From contig JAHQVK010000050.1 of NCBI GenBank assembly GCA_019634385.1, forward strand, positions 20,072 to 84,071: DNA of 64,000 nucleotides. The letters are read 5' to 3'. Under the pieces are notes generated by a model. That model was not told the origin of the DNA, made no database searches, and saw only the letters and a program-made list of their open reading frames with translations. Positions 30,812 through 40,027 of this stretch are shown piece by piece; the first letter of the stretch is position 1; every line of letters starts with the position of its first letter. The position numbers were made by a program, and so were the translations under genes. Source of the stretch: Myxococcales bacterium. Its GTDB lineage: Bacteria > Myxococcota > Kuafuiibacteriia > Kuafuiibacteriales > Kuafuiibacteriaceae.

Positions 30812-31804
30812 GTGGCGTCGCTAAGGGACCTTCGGAAACGATTAAAGGCGGTTAAAAACACCCAAAAAATCACAAAGGCTATGAAGATGGTGGCCGCCTC
30901 CAAATTGAGGCGAGCCCAGCAACAGGTGATTCAGGCCCGACCGTACGCCATAGGGATGCAAGAAGTCCTTGAGCACATTATGTCCCACGCCGATGTGGCT
31001 GGACACCCGCTACTCCAAGCGCGAGTGCCCCAGCGGATCGAGTTGTTGGTGTTGTCTTCCAATCGCGGTCTCTGCGGAAGCTTCAATTCCAGCATCATCC
31101 GTGCCACTGAACGCTACATAGCCGACCATCAAGGCCAGTACGAAGAAATTCTTATGTCCACGATCGGTCGCAAGGTCGCGGATCACTTTCGACGAAAGAA
31201 TTGGTCGCTCATTGACCAGTTTGACACCGCTTGGGACGACCTTCGCTTTGAACAGGCCCAGGACATCGCCACTCATCTTGCAAATCGATTTCAGAGTGGA
31301 CGCTTAGATGGTGTTTTCTTGGTCTACAATGAGTTCAAAAGTGCCATTGCCCAAAACGTGGTTCTTGCTCAGTTGCTCCCAATTCAACCCCTCGACGATT
31401 GGGATAACAACCCGGCAGTACGGGTCGGTGAACTGGAGGCTTTTTCTGGCGATGCGCGAGCGGTAGCTGGTCTGTCCACCAAAGCGGAGATTAACCTTCC
31501 TGCTAGCTGGCAAGTGTCCCCAGCACTTTCGATTGAAACCGAGGGCTATGAGCACCGCTTTGAACCCAGCCGGGCTGAGGTCTTGGATAGTTTGCTACCA
31601 CAGCATCTGGCGGTCCAAATCTGGCGGGCAATGCTCGAATCTACCGCTGCTGAGCACGGAGCTCGAATGTCTGCGATGGATGCCGCATCAACCAACGCCA
31701 AGGAGCTCATCGAAAAGATCACCTTACAAGCAAACCGTCTTCGCCAAGCGGGTATCACCAGCGAACTCATGGAAATTGTATCTGGCGCGGAAGCTCTCCG
31801 CTGA
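30812..31804 (+). CDS. atpG: F-type ATP synthase gamma subunit
   Basis: GTG start. MASLRDLRKRLKAVKNTQKITKAMKMVAASKLRRAQ is the gamma-subunit N-terminal signature. The C-terminal helix is conserved. No other atp genes are adjacent. Confidence 0.85.
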   Translation: MASLRDLRKRLKAVKNTQKITKAMKMVAASKLRRAQQQVIQARPYAIGMQEVLEHIMSHADVAGHPLLQARVPQRIELLVLSSNRGLCGSFNSSIIRATERYIADHQGQYEEILMSTIGRKVADHFRRKNWSLIDQFDTAWDDLRFEQAQDIATHLANRFQSGRLDGVFLVYNEFKSAIAQNVVLAQLLPIQPLDDWDNNPAVRVGELEAFSGDARAVAGLSTKAEINLPASWQVSPALSIETEGYEHRFEPSRAEVLDSLLPQHLAVQIWRAMLESTAAEHGARMSAMDAASTNAKELIEKITLQANRLRQAGITSELMEIVSGAEALR

Positions 31805-31896
31805 CACGAGCAGCAAGGCTCGCGCGTAGCGCTAGGCTCTACCAACAACCATATTCGCGGCTTGATCCGGCCTTGACCTCACCCCTTTACAACCGA

Positions 31897-32805
31897 TCAT
31901 GCGGGCGCGCTTGAGGCAGTGCGTTGCCGCTGGCCAGTGCGCCACGAATGCCGCCTTCGGCCTCGCCGCTGACGGGACGCCAGCCAAGCTCCCGCAGCCG
32001 GGTCGCGTCGAGGGCCGCATCCATCCATCGCGAGGAACGCGGCCAGCGGCCCGTTGGCTTCGTTCGCCTCTGACAGCGAGCGATGTCGTACGGGCACGCT
32101 CACCGCTTCGGCGATGGCCGTCCAGATCCCGACCATTGGCTCCGGCTCGAGCTCCGCGGCATGAAAAACACCGCGGGCCTCAGATTCGGCGAGCAGGACG
32201 TACGCATCGGCGAGGTCGCGTACATGCACGGTCGACCACCGATTCTCCCCGCCGTCGATAACATACGCGGCGCCCGTCGATGCTCCCTGCACCATGCGCG
32301 CGACCGGGCCACCGCCGTCGCCGTAGACGATCGGGGGTCGAACGACGACGCCTCGAACGGAGCGGGCGGCGAGCACCCGTTCCTCGGCGTGGGCAAGCCA
32401 ATCCAGCGGCCCCCCGAGCGGTGCAACATCGGACTCGACGACCGGAACACGGCTACTCCTCGCCCGCGGTGCTCCGCTGGTTGTTACGAATACCCCGCCT
32501 TCCATGCTCGCCAACATTGCTGTCACTGCAGCTTCGTCGATTGCCGCCCGCTGAGGTCCGGGGTCCGCGGCCGTGTGCACGACTCCATCGCCTCGTGCCA
32601 CGACCGCTGCGAGCACGGCGACGTCGGTCAAGCTCGCCTCGACGGGCGTGCCCCCGGCCGCGCGAACGACTTCCGCTGCGTGTGCAGAGCGAGCGAGGCC
32701 TCGCACCCGGTGCCCTCGTTTGACGAGCGCACGCGTCACCGCAGAGCCGATGTAGCCACTGGCTCCCGTGACGAACAGGTCCAAGGCTCCTTGATCGGCT
32801 GTGAC
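31897..32805 (-). CDS. NmrA-like / atypical SDR NAD(P)-binding oxidoreductase (in high-GC island)
   Basis: Rossmann motif VTGASGYIGSAVTRALVKRGHRVRGLARS. The region is about 70% GC against about 54% in the flanks. Start approximate: a GTG near aa 164 of the 465-aa ORF, whose upstream part runs into the neighbouring gene in a different frame. Confidence 0.6.
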   Translation of the reverse strand, partial: VTADQGALDLFVTGASGYIGSAVTRALVKRGHRVRGLARSAHAAEVVRAAGGTPVEASLTDVAVLAAVVARGDGVVHTAADPGPQRAAIDEAAVTAMLASMEGGVFVTTSGAPRARSSRVPVVESDVAPLGGPLDWLAHAEERVLAARSVRGVVVRPPIVYGDGGGPVARMVQGASTGAAYVIDGGENRWSTVHVRDLADAYVLLAESEARGVFHAAELEPEPMVGIWTAIAEAVSVPVRHRSLSEANEANGPLAAFLAMDGCGPRRDPAAGAWLASRQRRGRRRHSWRTGQRQRTASSAPA

Positions 32806-33016
32806 GTGGAAGACGACAGCCCCGGCCGGGGGCCTACGACGAAGACGCGGAACTCGGCCTCGAGGATGAGGGGGGAGGACGCTCTCGTCATCGACGATGC
32901 CGTGCTGGGGGCCATTGCTGGCGCCCCCACGTTGGCCGTCAAAGACGTCGAGACACTGTTCGCGGAGAACGAGCCGACCCCTAACTAGCTGACCATAACA
33001 GGCACACCCTAGGAGG

Positions 33017-33898
33017 CTACAAAAGGGATAGTTGAGCTCGATCGGAGGATGTTGGACGCAGTGGCCAGTCGGGCAGAGGGGCCATTTCGGGCATGACTTG
33101 GCACAGATGCTCATGAAACCGCCGGGCCAACCACGGAGCGTGGTGATCGTCCGGGGTATGACAATAAAAAAACGGTGATCGTCCCTCCCTAATCCAAATG
33201 GCCACCGTCTCTGCCCACTCACGTAAGAATGGATCACATTCTTCCACCTGATTACGACCGATAAACCGGACCAGCGGGTGCTGACCGAGTGCAATCTTTC
33301 TCACTGGAACCCGCGGTTTACGGGACTGTGCTTCCGCCGTGCTTGGATCCTTGGGAGGCAATGAAAATAGGGGGCGGCTATCAAAGCACACCCGTTCCAC
33401 GCCAAAATGGGTCAACAAACGGTGGAGATCCCTCTCGTTGTTCCCTTGGTCAAACCAATCAACATGCCGAAGCTCAACGGCTAGTGGACGGTCTTGGGGC
33501 CAGTGTTCCAAAAAGTGGCGAACCCGTCGCCCTGCTGATCGGCCCGCTGATGGGGGAAGCTGTAGCATGCAGGGCCCAAGACAAGACCCAAGCGGAGATA
33601 ACACCTCTAGGAACCTCGATAGGTCTGCTTCATAAAACTGGAGTGCCTTTTCATGGGTGATTGTCCGCGGCAACTTAAAGGCAAATCGAAAATGGTCAGG
33701 GATCTCCGCCTTCCACTTCGCGACCGTGGTTAGAGACGGCAAAGCATAGAAGGTGCTGTTACCCTCTACAGTGGAAAAGAGCTGCGTATATGCCGAAAGC
33801 TGCCGACTGGCGGTCGTATGGGGAGGCAAAACCGCCCCCACCCAGCTTCGTGTCGCAAACACCGGGCATCCCAAGCGATAGAGTGGCGCGTAAGTCAC
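33017..33898 (-). CDS. DUF72 (YecE-like) family protein
   Basis: The VEGNSTFYALP motif and overall pattern match DUF72. 293 aa. Confidence 0.75.
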   Translation of the reverse strand: MTYAPLYRLGCPVFATRSWVGAVLPPHTTASRQLSAYTQLFSTVEGNSTFYALPSLTTVAKWKAEIPDHFRFAFKLPRTITHEKALQFYEADLSRFLEVLSPLGSCLGPCMLQLPPSAGRSAGRRVRHFLEHWPQDRPLAVELRHVDWFDQGNNERDLHRLLTHFGVERVCFDSRPLFSLPPKDPSTAEAQSRKPRVPVRKIALGQHPLVRFIGRNQVEECDPFLREWAETVAIWIREGRSPFFYCHTPDDHHAPWLARRFHEHLCQVMPEMAPLPDWPLRPTSSDRAQLSLL

Positions 33899-34099
33899 CT
33901 CCCCATAGTCCGTGGTTTCTTGGGCAATTGCATCTCTGCCTCGGTTGTAACCTCCTCAATTCGGTCAACGATAGCGGTAAGCCCCAAGGCACTCACATGT
34001 CCAACGGCTCCCCACCGGATCACGATGAATCGGTGGTGCTCGCAGCACTCGCTATCGACTTTATCTAACCGCGGATCGCACGATGCCCATTACACTCCG

Positions 34100-37000
34100 A
34101 TGAGTGTACTCTGGGCGGCTATCATCCTCTCATCTATCCCCTACGGGCAAACTCCCGATGAGCTAGATATTCTCCGAAACCGAGACACAACCCCTCAAAT
34201 CCAGCTTCTTTTGGATTCTTCATGTTCGATGGGCTGGGACCCGGCCCCAAGTATCTGTGATGACTACCCCAATCGACAATCTAATATGATCGGAAGTTAT
34301 TGGAATTCAGGTTGGTATCTATCGCGGGTTGACCAACTCAAAGCCGCCCTCACTGGTTGTAAAAATAGTCGCGATGGAATTTTAGATACCTGGGACGGTC
34401 GGGTGCTCTTTTCCATCCGGGAATTTGGTGGCAGTAGAACTGGGCTCCTCTCACCATTTGACCCAAATTTTGACAACCTCCCTGCTTTAGAAAGTGCGGT
34501 CATGAACCTGCCCGCCTCGGGCGGAACACCTTTAGCGCCCGGGTACTTAAAATCAGCACAATACTTTGACAGCTTTTTTAACAACAGCAACAGCTACCAG
34601 TGTCGTCACAACTACATTGTAGTCATGTCCGACGGCGTCGGAAACCATCATGCACCAGTGAACTTCGATTTTATCTCTGGGCAGTCATCGGTAAGTGTTC
34701 GCGACGCAAATAGTTGTTTCGGTACTACATATGATTGGTGTCCCTCTCCTCCTTATCTGGATGAAGCCGCTCGTTATCTATACGAGGACGCCAACGGGGA
34801 GGAGGTTGATGCCTTATCCAAGGTGGACGGCGTTCAACCGATTCGTACCTATACCATCGGATTTCAGGCACCCACTGCTGCTGATGCTTTGCTACAAGCG
34901 ATGGCCATCGAAGGTGATGGTAAAGCATTCTCCGCATCAAGCTACAGTCAGCTGGTCCAAGCCTTCGTCGAAATTATTGACAACATCATAGCCCGATCTC
35001 GCGTGGCTTTTAATACCGGTGTAATCCAAACTTCTGGCCTATTTGCTAGCAATTTTACCTACAGCTCATCGTTTCGACCTAGTGCAGAAGGTCACTGGCC
35101 AGGTACAACCAAAAAATACTGTGTGATCCCTGACGCGAACTACAGCGATTGTCTGTTTATCAATGGTAGTGATGGGCTCGAGATCAATCCTAATCCCCGA
35201 GACATTTGGACCGGAGATAAGTCATCGAATGCCGATCAAGGTGGAACCGGAGAAGTCATAATCAAAGATATTTTCCGGGTAAATAATAACAAAAGCTCCC
35301 CACCCAGTTCCCCACTAACTAAACGTACTATCCTTACATGGAGACCCGAACACTTTGGGTATGTAGCTGTTGATCCTCAGATATTATCTGGACAAGAGAC
35401 GTGGACAAGCAACGACTGTGAACGATATTCTCTCCTGACTCATCTTCATGGCTTTACTGAGGATCTTGCAGATTGTGACAACGCAAATTATCAACCACTA
35501 GCGCTCGACAGATGGCCCATTGGTGCTTCCATTCATAGTGAACCCGTACTTCTTCAGTACACCTCAACGTGTGAGAATACGGGAGATAAATGCTTTGTGG
35601 TCACCGCCGCCAACGATGGCATGTTACACTTCTACAACGCGGTGACCGGCCGAGAAACCTCAGCCATTATTCCCGCTGAATTTTGGAGACCCAACACCAT
35701 TGCCCACCACACGCTTGCGGAGCGGAGCAAGCAACCATTCCACACCACTTCACATCGTTACTATTTAGATGGTGGCCTGCGCCTTCACCACTTTGACACC
35801 AACACGGACGGGACCATCAGCTCCGGCGAGAATGCATATTTGATCGTAGGTCTTGGTCGCGGAGGACGGGCATATTACCTCATGGACGTCAGTGCCTTCT
35901 CGGGAGTACCCAGTACACGATACAACCCCATTCGCCCGCTCATCGCTGATGAAGCATCCGGTTTACAAGATCTCCGCGACACCTGGGCCACTCCGTGGAC
36001 AGGGTACCTTCAGGCTTCCTCAAGCAAGCAACAGCTTATTGCGGTATTTCCAAGTGGGCACATCCCTGAGCTCGATGAGCCAGATGCCCCCTTCGCCAAC
36101 TATCCACTAGCGGCGCCAACCACATCCGCCGACAACGAACAATCACCTCATACAATCAGTTGCGAGGATGCCGGTATACCGGCTGAAATCTGCACCACCC
36201 CTAACCCCGCAACGTTCTGTGATGAGTTGGGACTATCCTGTAGCAGCAGCAGTAGATGCAGTCCATGTAACGAACCCGATGCCGCACAATGTATCGCGGC
36301 TGGGCTCCAACCCCCATATTGTTACGACTGGCCAGGCCTCAACGCGGTCGGCACTCAGATCTGGACCCAAATTCCCCTGAATGTAGTGGCCGGCCCCAAT
36401 CGGTACGAGACCATCAACCACAAGGCAAATGCTTTCCGCATTAAGTTCTCGAGATTTGATCTTCAACCTGGAGACTATATATCCATTCAAAATAGTCATC
36501 AGGATGAGGTAGCCCGTCTCCAGGGTAGTTACGACACCAATCTACCAGTATCTCCGTGGATCTACGATGATAGCTTCAGTTTTCACTTTGTCTCTGATGG
36601 AGAAAACAATAGCTCCGCTCAAGGATATACCATTTCCGAAGTAGAAGTCCTGCGCGACCAAACCCCTCCAAGTCCGCACAAGCAACATCATCCTTCGATA
36701 TATATCGTTGATCTCCTCAAATGGAATCAGGACAAAGACCTTAGCCCCCCATATGTAAGTACCGATCCCGGCCTCTTTGCGGCTGCTCCAACCGGAGCAA
36801 AGACCAATCACGCAGATGGTATACGAGTGCGAATAACCTCCCATTGCACCGGACATATCGGGAAAAACGAAATCTGCATCGACCAAACAACATCTAGTGA
36901 CACCAAAGATTTAAAGTGGATGTCTTGTCCGATCAGCGCCACTCCCACCGTATTTTCTGAGGCGGGTAATCTAAGATCAATATATATCGGCGACGAATGT

Positions 37001-37765
37001 GGTCAAATATGGACTGCGAAGGTTGACCTCACTGGAACCTGGAAGGTGCGGCGGCTACTCCGTCTCAACAACGCTGATGGAGATGGCCAGGTCATAGCCG
37101 GCGCCAAATCCCAAGACTACCGCAAAATCTTTAGTCGGCTAGATCTTGTTATATCGACCTGTCCCGGCCGACGTGCCTTTGGTGTGTATTTCGGCTCAGG
37201 TAACGTACAACGTGCAGCAGCTAACAACGCACTGCAGGATCCGAGTATCACCAATGGCCACGAGGTCATTGGGGTGGTTTGGGATACGGCTAGTCTACCT
37301 GATGATGCCAATCTCGACGATCTTGTGAACGTTACCGATGCATTTAAAGTAGACCCAAGAGCATCAGGGAATGAACATGGATGGTTTATCGAACTGGAAT
37401 CCGGTGAACGTATGCTCCGAGCCCCATTGGTTTTTGATGGGCTTGCACACTTCGACGTCTTTCAGCCGGTAATCAGTCCTACTGAATGCACCTCAGCCGT
37501 TGGTCAAAGCCGCACCCTTATCATGGATAATTGCACCGCTGAGCCGCTCAGAACACCAGCCGGATCCAGTCCTAGCGACGCCCGTACCGTAGCGGTCCGC
37601 AAGGATTCCAACATTGGGGGCGGTTTTATGCTCTATTCTCGTGCTGGGAAAGAAGCCATCATATCCCTCGGTCAGGAAGGTGAAGGCAAAGCAGCCCTAC
37701 CAACTATGAAGAACCGCCCTCTGGTTCGATTGTTCCTGTGGCGCCCATTCCGTGCTACAGATTGA
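34100..37765 (+). CDS. pilY1: PilY1-like type IV pilus tip-associated adhesin (N-terminal vWA domain and C-terminal PilY1 beta-propeller)
   Basis: Signal peptide MSVLWAAIILSSIP. vWA MIDAS motif LLLDSSCSMG ... YTIGF. C-terminal PilY1 motifs RGGRAYYLMDVS and SIYIGDECGQIWTAKVDL. Start set at the internal ATG. The upstream part of the 1315-aa ORF overlaps the DUF72 gene. Confidence 0.75.
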   Translation: MSVLWAAIILSSIPYGQTPDELDILRNRDTTPQIQLLLDSSCSMGWDPAPSICDDYPNRQSNMIGSYWNSGWYLSRVDQLKAALTGCKNSRDGILDTWDGRVLFSIREFGGSRTGLLSPFDPNFDNLPALESAVMNLPASGGTPLAPGYLKSAQYFDSFFNNSNSYQCRHNYIVVMSDGVGNHHAPVNFDFISGQSSVSVRDANSCFGTTYDWCPSPPYLDEAARYLYEDANGEEVDALSKVDGVQPIRTYTIGFQAPTAADALLQAMAIEGDGKAFSASSYSQLVQAFVEIIDNIIARSRVAFNTGVIQTSGLFASNFTYSSSFRPSAEGHWPGTTKKYCVIPDANYSDCLFINGSDGLEINPNPRDIWTGDKSSNADQGGTGEVIIKDIFRVNNNKSSPPSSPLTKRTILTWRPEHFGYVAVDPQILSGQETWTSNDCERYSLLTHLHGFTEDLADCDNANYQPLALDRWPIGASIHSEPVLLQYTSTCENTGDKCFVVTAANDGMLHFYNAVTGRETSAIIPAEFWRPNTIAHHTLAERSKQPFHTTSHRYYLDGGLRLHHFDTNTDGTISSGENAYLIVGLGRGGRAYYLMDVSAFSGVPSTRYNPIRPLIADEASGLQDLRDTWATPWTGYLQASSSKQQLIAVFPSGHIPELDEPDAPFANYPLAAPTTSADNEQSPHTISCEDAGIPAEICTTPNPATFCDELGLSCSSSSRCSPCNEPDAAQCIAAGLQPPYCYDWPGLNAVGTQIWTQIPLNVVAGPNRYETINHKANAFRIKFSRFDLQPGDYISIQNSHQDEVARLQGSYDTNLPVSPWIYDDSFSFHFVSDGENNSSAQGYTISEVEVLRDQTPPSPHKQHHPSIYIVDLLKWNQDKDLSPPYVSTDPGLFAAAPTGAKTNHADGIRVRITSHCTGHIGKNEICIDQTTSSDTKDLKWMSCPISATPTVFSEAGNLRSIYIGDECGQIWTAKVDLTGTWKVRRLLRLNNADGDGQVIAGAKSQDYRKIFSRLDLVISTCPGRRAFGVYFGSGNVQRAAANNALQDPSITNGHEVIGVVWDTASLPDDANLDDLVNVTDAFKVDPRASGNEHGWFIELESGERMLRAPLVFDGLAHFDVFQPVISPTECTSAVGQSRTLIMDNCTAEPLRTPAGSSPSDARTVAVRKDSNIGGGFMLYSRAGKEAIISLGQEGEGKAALPTMKNRPLVRLFLWRPFRATD

Positions 37766-37771
37766 GGATAC

Positions 37772-38251
37772 TTGTTCATGAACCCATACACACTCTTGCC
37801 TCTCCAACGGATGGTCATTAGCAGCGCACTCATGAGCTTGATCACTATCTCTGTACCAGTCAGTGCAGCTCCGGATGTATCCAAAACATTGCCAACACGC
37901 ACCTCCTCAACATCTCGAAAGCACCTGAAACGAGTTGTTGCGAGTCAGCCTGGCACCTATGATACCAACCGATTCACAGCACACGGCATCCTGCAAAGAG
38001 GTCCGGACGACTCTTACATACTCGTACGTCCGATTTCGCTGAAGAGCCGAACCCAAACCGCTCTCGCTCAACGAGTTTCTCTACAAAGAATACCCCATAT
38101 CCATGCACGTCAGGTGCTACGCGCACCCAATGGACCAAAACCTGAGGAACTGGAGCAACTAGTCAGCGAACACGTTTCTGCCATCCTTATCCGGGACCGC
38201 TCTGGTCACTACTTTCTTCGCTCTGTCACCCTATTTTCCTTAGGCAAGTAG
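37772..38251 (+). CDS. Small secreted hypothetical protein, immediately downstream of pilY1
   Basis: 159 aa with an N-terminal signal peptide. It has no prepilin GFTLIE motif, so it is not an obvious minor pilin. Confidence 0.4.
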   Translation: MFMNPYTLLPLQRMVISSALMSLITISVPVSAAPDVSKTLPTRTSSTSRKHLKRVVASQPGTYDTNRFTAHGILQRGPDDSYILVRPISLKSRTQTALAQRVSLQRIPHIHARQVLRAPNGPKPEELEQLVSEHVSAILIRDRSGHYFLRSVTLFSLGK

Positions 38252-38295
38252 GTAAGAAACGGCTTGTACTTGCACCTCTCCCTTCTCAGTTCCGT

Positions 38296-38408
38296 AAAGC
38301 AAAGACCACCTGAATTGATTCCGTTAGAATCAACAAGGGGTCGCGCAGCGGGGCATTGCACCGTGGAGAAGCTGGAACTTGGGTTCCAGCCAAGTTCTTT
38401 CTGCTGTA
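38296..38408 (+). repeat. MITE-like structured repeat, copy B (full length)
   Basis: aAAGCAAAGaccacctgaattgattccgttagaatcaa...cgcagcggggcattgc...ggaacttgggttccagccaagtt...TCTGCTGTa. Same three-hairpin architecture as copies A, D and E. Confidence 0.8.
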
Positions 38409-38550
38409 TTCCGGTACGAACCATCACCGCCTTGGGGTTTATCATCCCACCAGTTACAACTCGCCTTCCTCCGAAGCCAAACATTCAGACAATATAGACC
38501 CTCCGCAATAGTCCTCTTGCCGAGCTAAGCAACTCGCCCTAGTCGAGGGG

Positions 38551-39888
38551 TTGTTGAACGATGCACATGTGAAACCGATTACAACCACCAATTTCCTCTC
38601 GGAACTCACACGATTAGCAGTACCGAGTGCGTTATTTGTCCTTCTAACCAATGCATTTCGCATTGTCGATCAGTTCTGGGTCGATCGCATATCGGTTGCT
38701 GCTCAAGCCGGCGTTGGTGCCACCAGTTTTATCCTGGTTGTTGCGTACGCGAGTTTTGAGATAATATCCGCCGGCGCAAGCCCGCTTATTGCCCGATATA
38801 CTGGTGCCAACTCGCTAGACAAACGACGGATGGTGATCGCCGAAGGTTTGGTAGCTTGTTTGATCCTTGGAGGCGTCTGGATGGTGGTTGGAACCAGTAT
38901 CGCCCCGTGGCTAGTGAGCTCCTTAAGACTTGAACCAAGCGTAGAAACTGAGGCCAGAATCTACCTACAAACTCTCACAATCACCTCCCTGCCTCTGGTG
39001 TTTACGCCATTCCTTGACCATAGTTTTCTATCTATGGGAGATGCGCGTACCCCACTTTTTCTGCATGCAATATCTCTAGGCGGCAATATGATACTCACTC
39101 CTCTTTTGGCAGTGCACGCAGAACTGGGTGTAGCCGGCGCTGCCATTGCCTCACATCTATCTCGCGCGGTAGGTGCCGGAGCTGGGCTATACTTGCTATG
39201 GCGGCGTACCAAAATAACTAAAACCGACCTTCGGTTGGGATCTTACCTACCCACCATAGTCCGGCTAGGACTACCCATCGCTTCGGGTACCGCACTGTAT
39301 GGCACCTCTTACTGGTTGATGCTGCGTTTTGCAGTCTCACCCCTAGGAGCTCATGTCACCGCTGCTCTCGGGATCGGTTGGGCTGCTCTCGAAGGTATCA
39401 GTTGGCCCATATTTCACGGAGCGGGTATGGCAGTGGCTTCGATCATCGGTCGGCGGCTAGGAGCTCAAGACCGAGCCGGCGCCCAACGATTTGCCTTTGC
39501 CGGTTTGTTTAGTGCAGTGGCCATGGGAGCCAGTGTAACAGTGCTCTTTTTGACCGCGGGCACCATCATTACATCACCGTTTGCTAGCGTTCCCTCCGTT
39601 CATCGGGAAGCTATTAACTATGCTACAATCGTTGGCTACTCACAAGTGGCGGTGGCCATCGAGTCGGTTACGGAGGGTATCCTGGCTGGTGCTGGTGCAA
39701 CTCGCTGGATTTTTTGGACCAGTGCTCCCCTAAATCTATCGCGTGCTCCCCTAGCCTGGTTACTCGCCATACACTTTCAATTTGGTTCAGACGGGCTATG
39801 GTGGGTCATAGTATTTACGACATGGGTAAAAACTTTGCTCAAATTGACCCTAGTATTCCGCGGCCATTGGCTCAATGAATTACTATGA
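38551..39888 (+). CDS. MATE-family multidrug/oligosaccharide efflux transporter
   Basis: 445 aa with 12 predicted TM helices in two 6-TM halves, typical of MATE (NorM-like). Confidence 0.7.
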   Translation: MLNDAHVKPITTTNFLSELTRLAVPSALFVLLTNAFRIVDQFWVDRISVAAQAGVGATSFILVVAYASFEIISAGASPLIARYTGANSLDKRRMVIAEGLVACLILGGVWMVVGTSIAPWLVSSLRLEPSVETEARIYLQTLTITSLPLVFTPFLDHSFLSMGDARTPLFLHAISLGGNMILTPLLAVHAELGVAGAAIASHLSRAVGAGAGLYLLWRRTKITKTDLRLGSYLPTIVRLGLPIASGTALYGTSYWLMLRFAVSPLGAHVTAALGIGWAALEGISWPIFHGAGMAVASIIGRRLGAQDRAGAQRFAFAGLFSAVAMGASVTVLFLTAGTIITSPFASVPSVHREAINYATIVGYSQVAVAIESVTEGILAGAGATRWIFWTSAPLNLSRAPLAWLLAIHFQFGSDGLWWVIVFTTWVKTLLKLTLVFRGHWLNELL

Positions 39889-39932
39889 GCATTAACACAG
39901 TGCATCGTGAACAATTCCCACCTCGGCGTACT

Positions 39933-39975
39933 ACAGCAAAAATCGCTTGGGTTCAACCCAAGTGGTCTATGCTGT
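39933..39975 (+). repeat. MITE-like repeat, copy G (43-bp minimal derivative)
   Basis: tACAGCAAAAatcgcttgggttcaacccaagtggtctATGCTGTa. It keeps the termini and the central ttgggttcaacccaag hairpin only. Confidence 0.65.
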
Positions 39976-40027
39976 ACACCGCCAATATTAGGCGACAATA
40001 CAATGGGACGGACATTAGTTCAACCCA

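Noticed and set aside
31899-32988. Many long overlapping ORFs on both strands and several frames (for example 32083-32988 on the plus strand, 32280-32723 on the plus strand, 32100-32450 on the minus strand)
   Set aside because: These are typical shadow ORFs of a 70% GC region. Only the minus-strand frame carries a recognisable Rossmann/NmrA motif. The others are Arg/Pro/Ala-rich with no motifs.
33818-34099. N-terminal 94-codon extension of the PilY1 ORF
   Set aside because: It overlaps the 3' end of the convergent DUF72 gene and lacks signal-peptide character. The internal ATG at 34100 is followed by a hydrophobic signal sequence.
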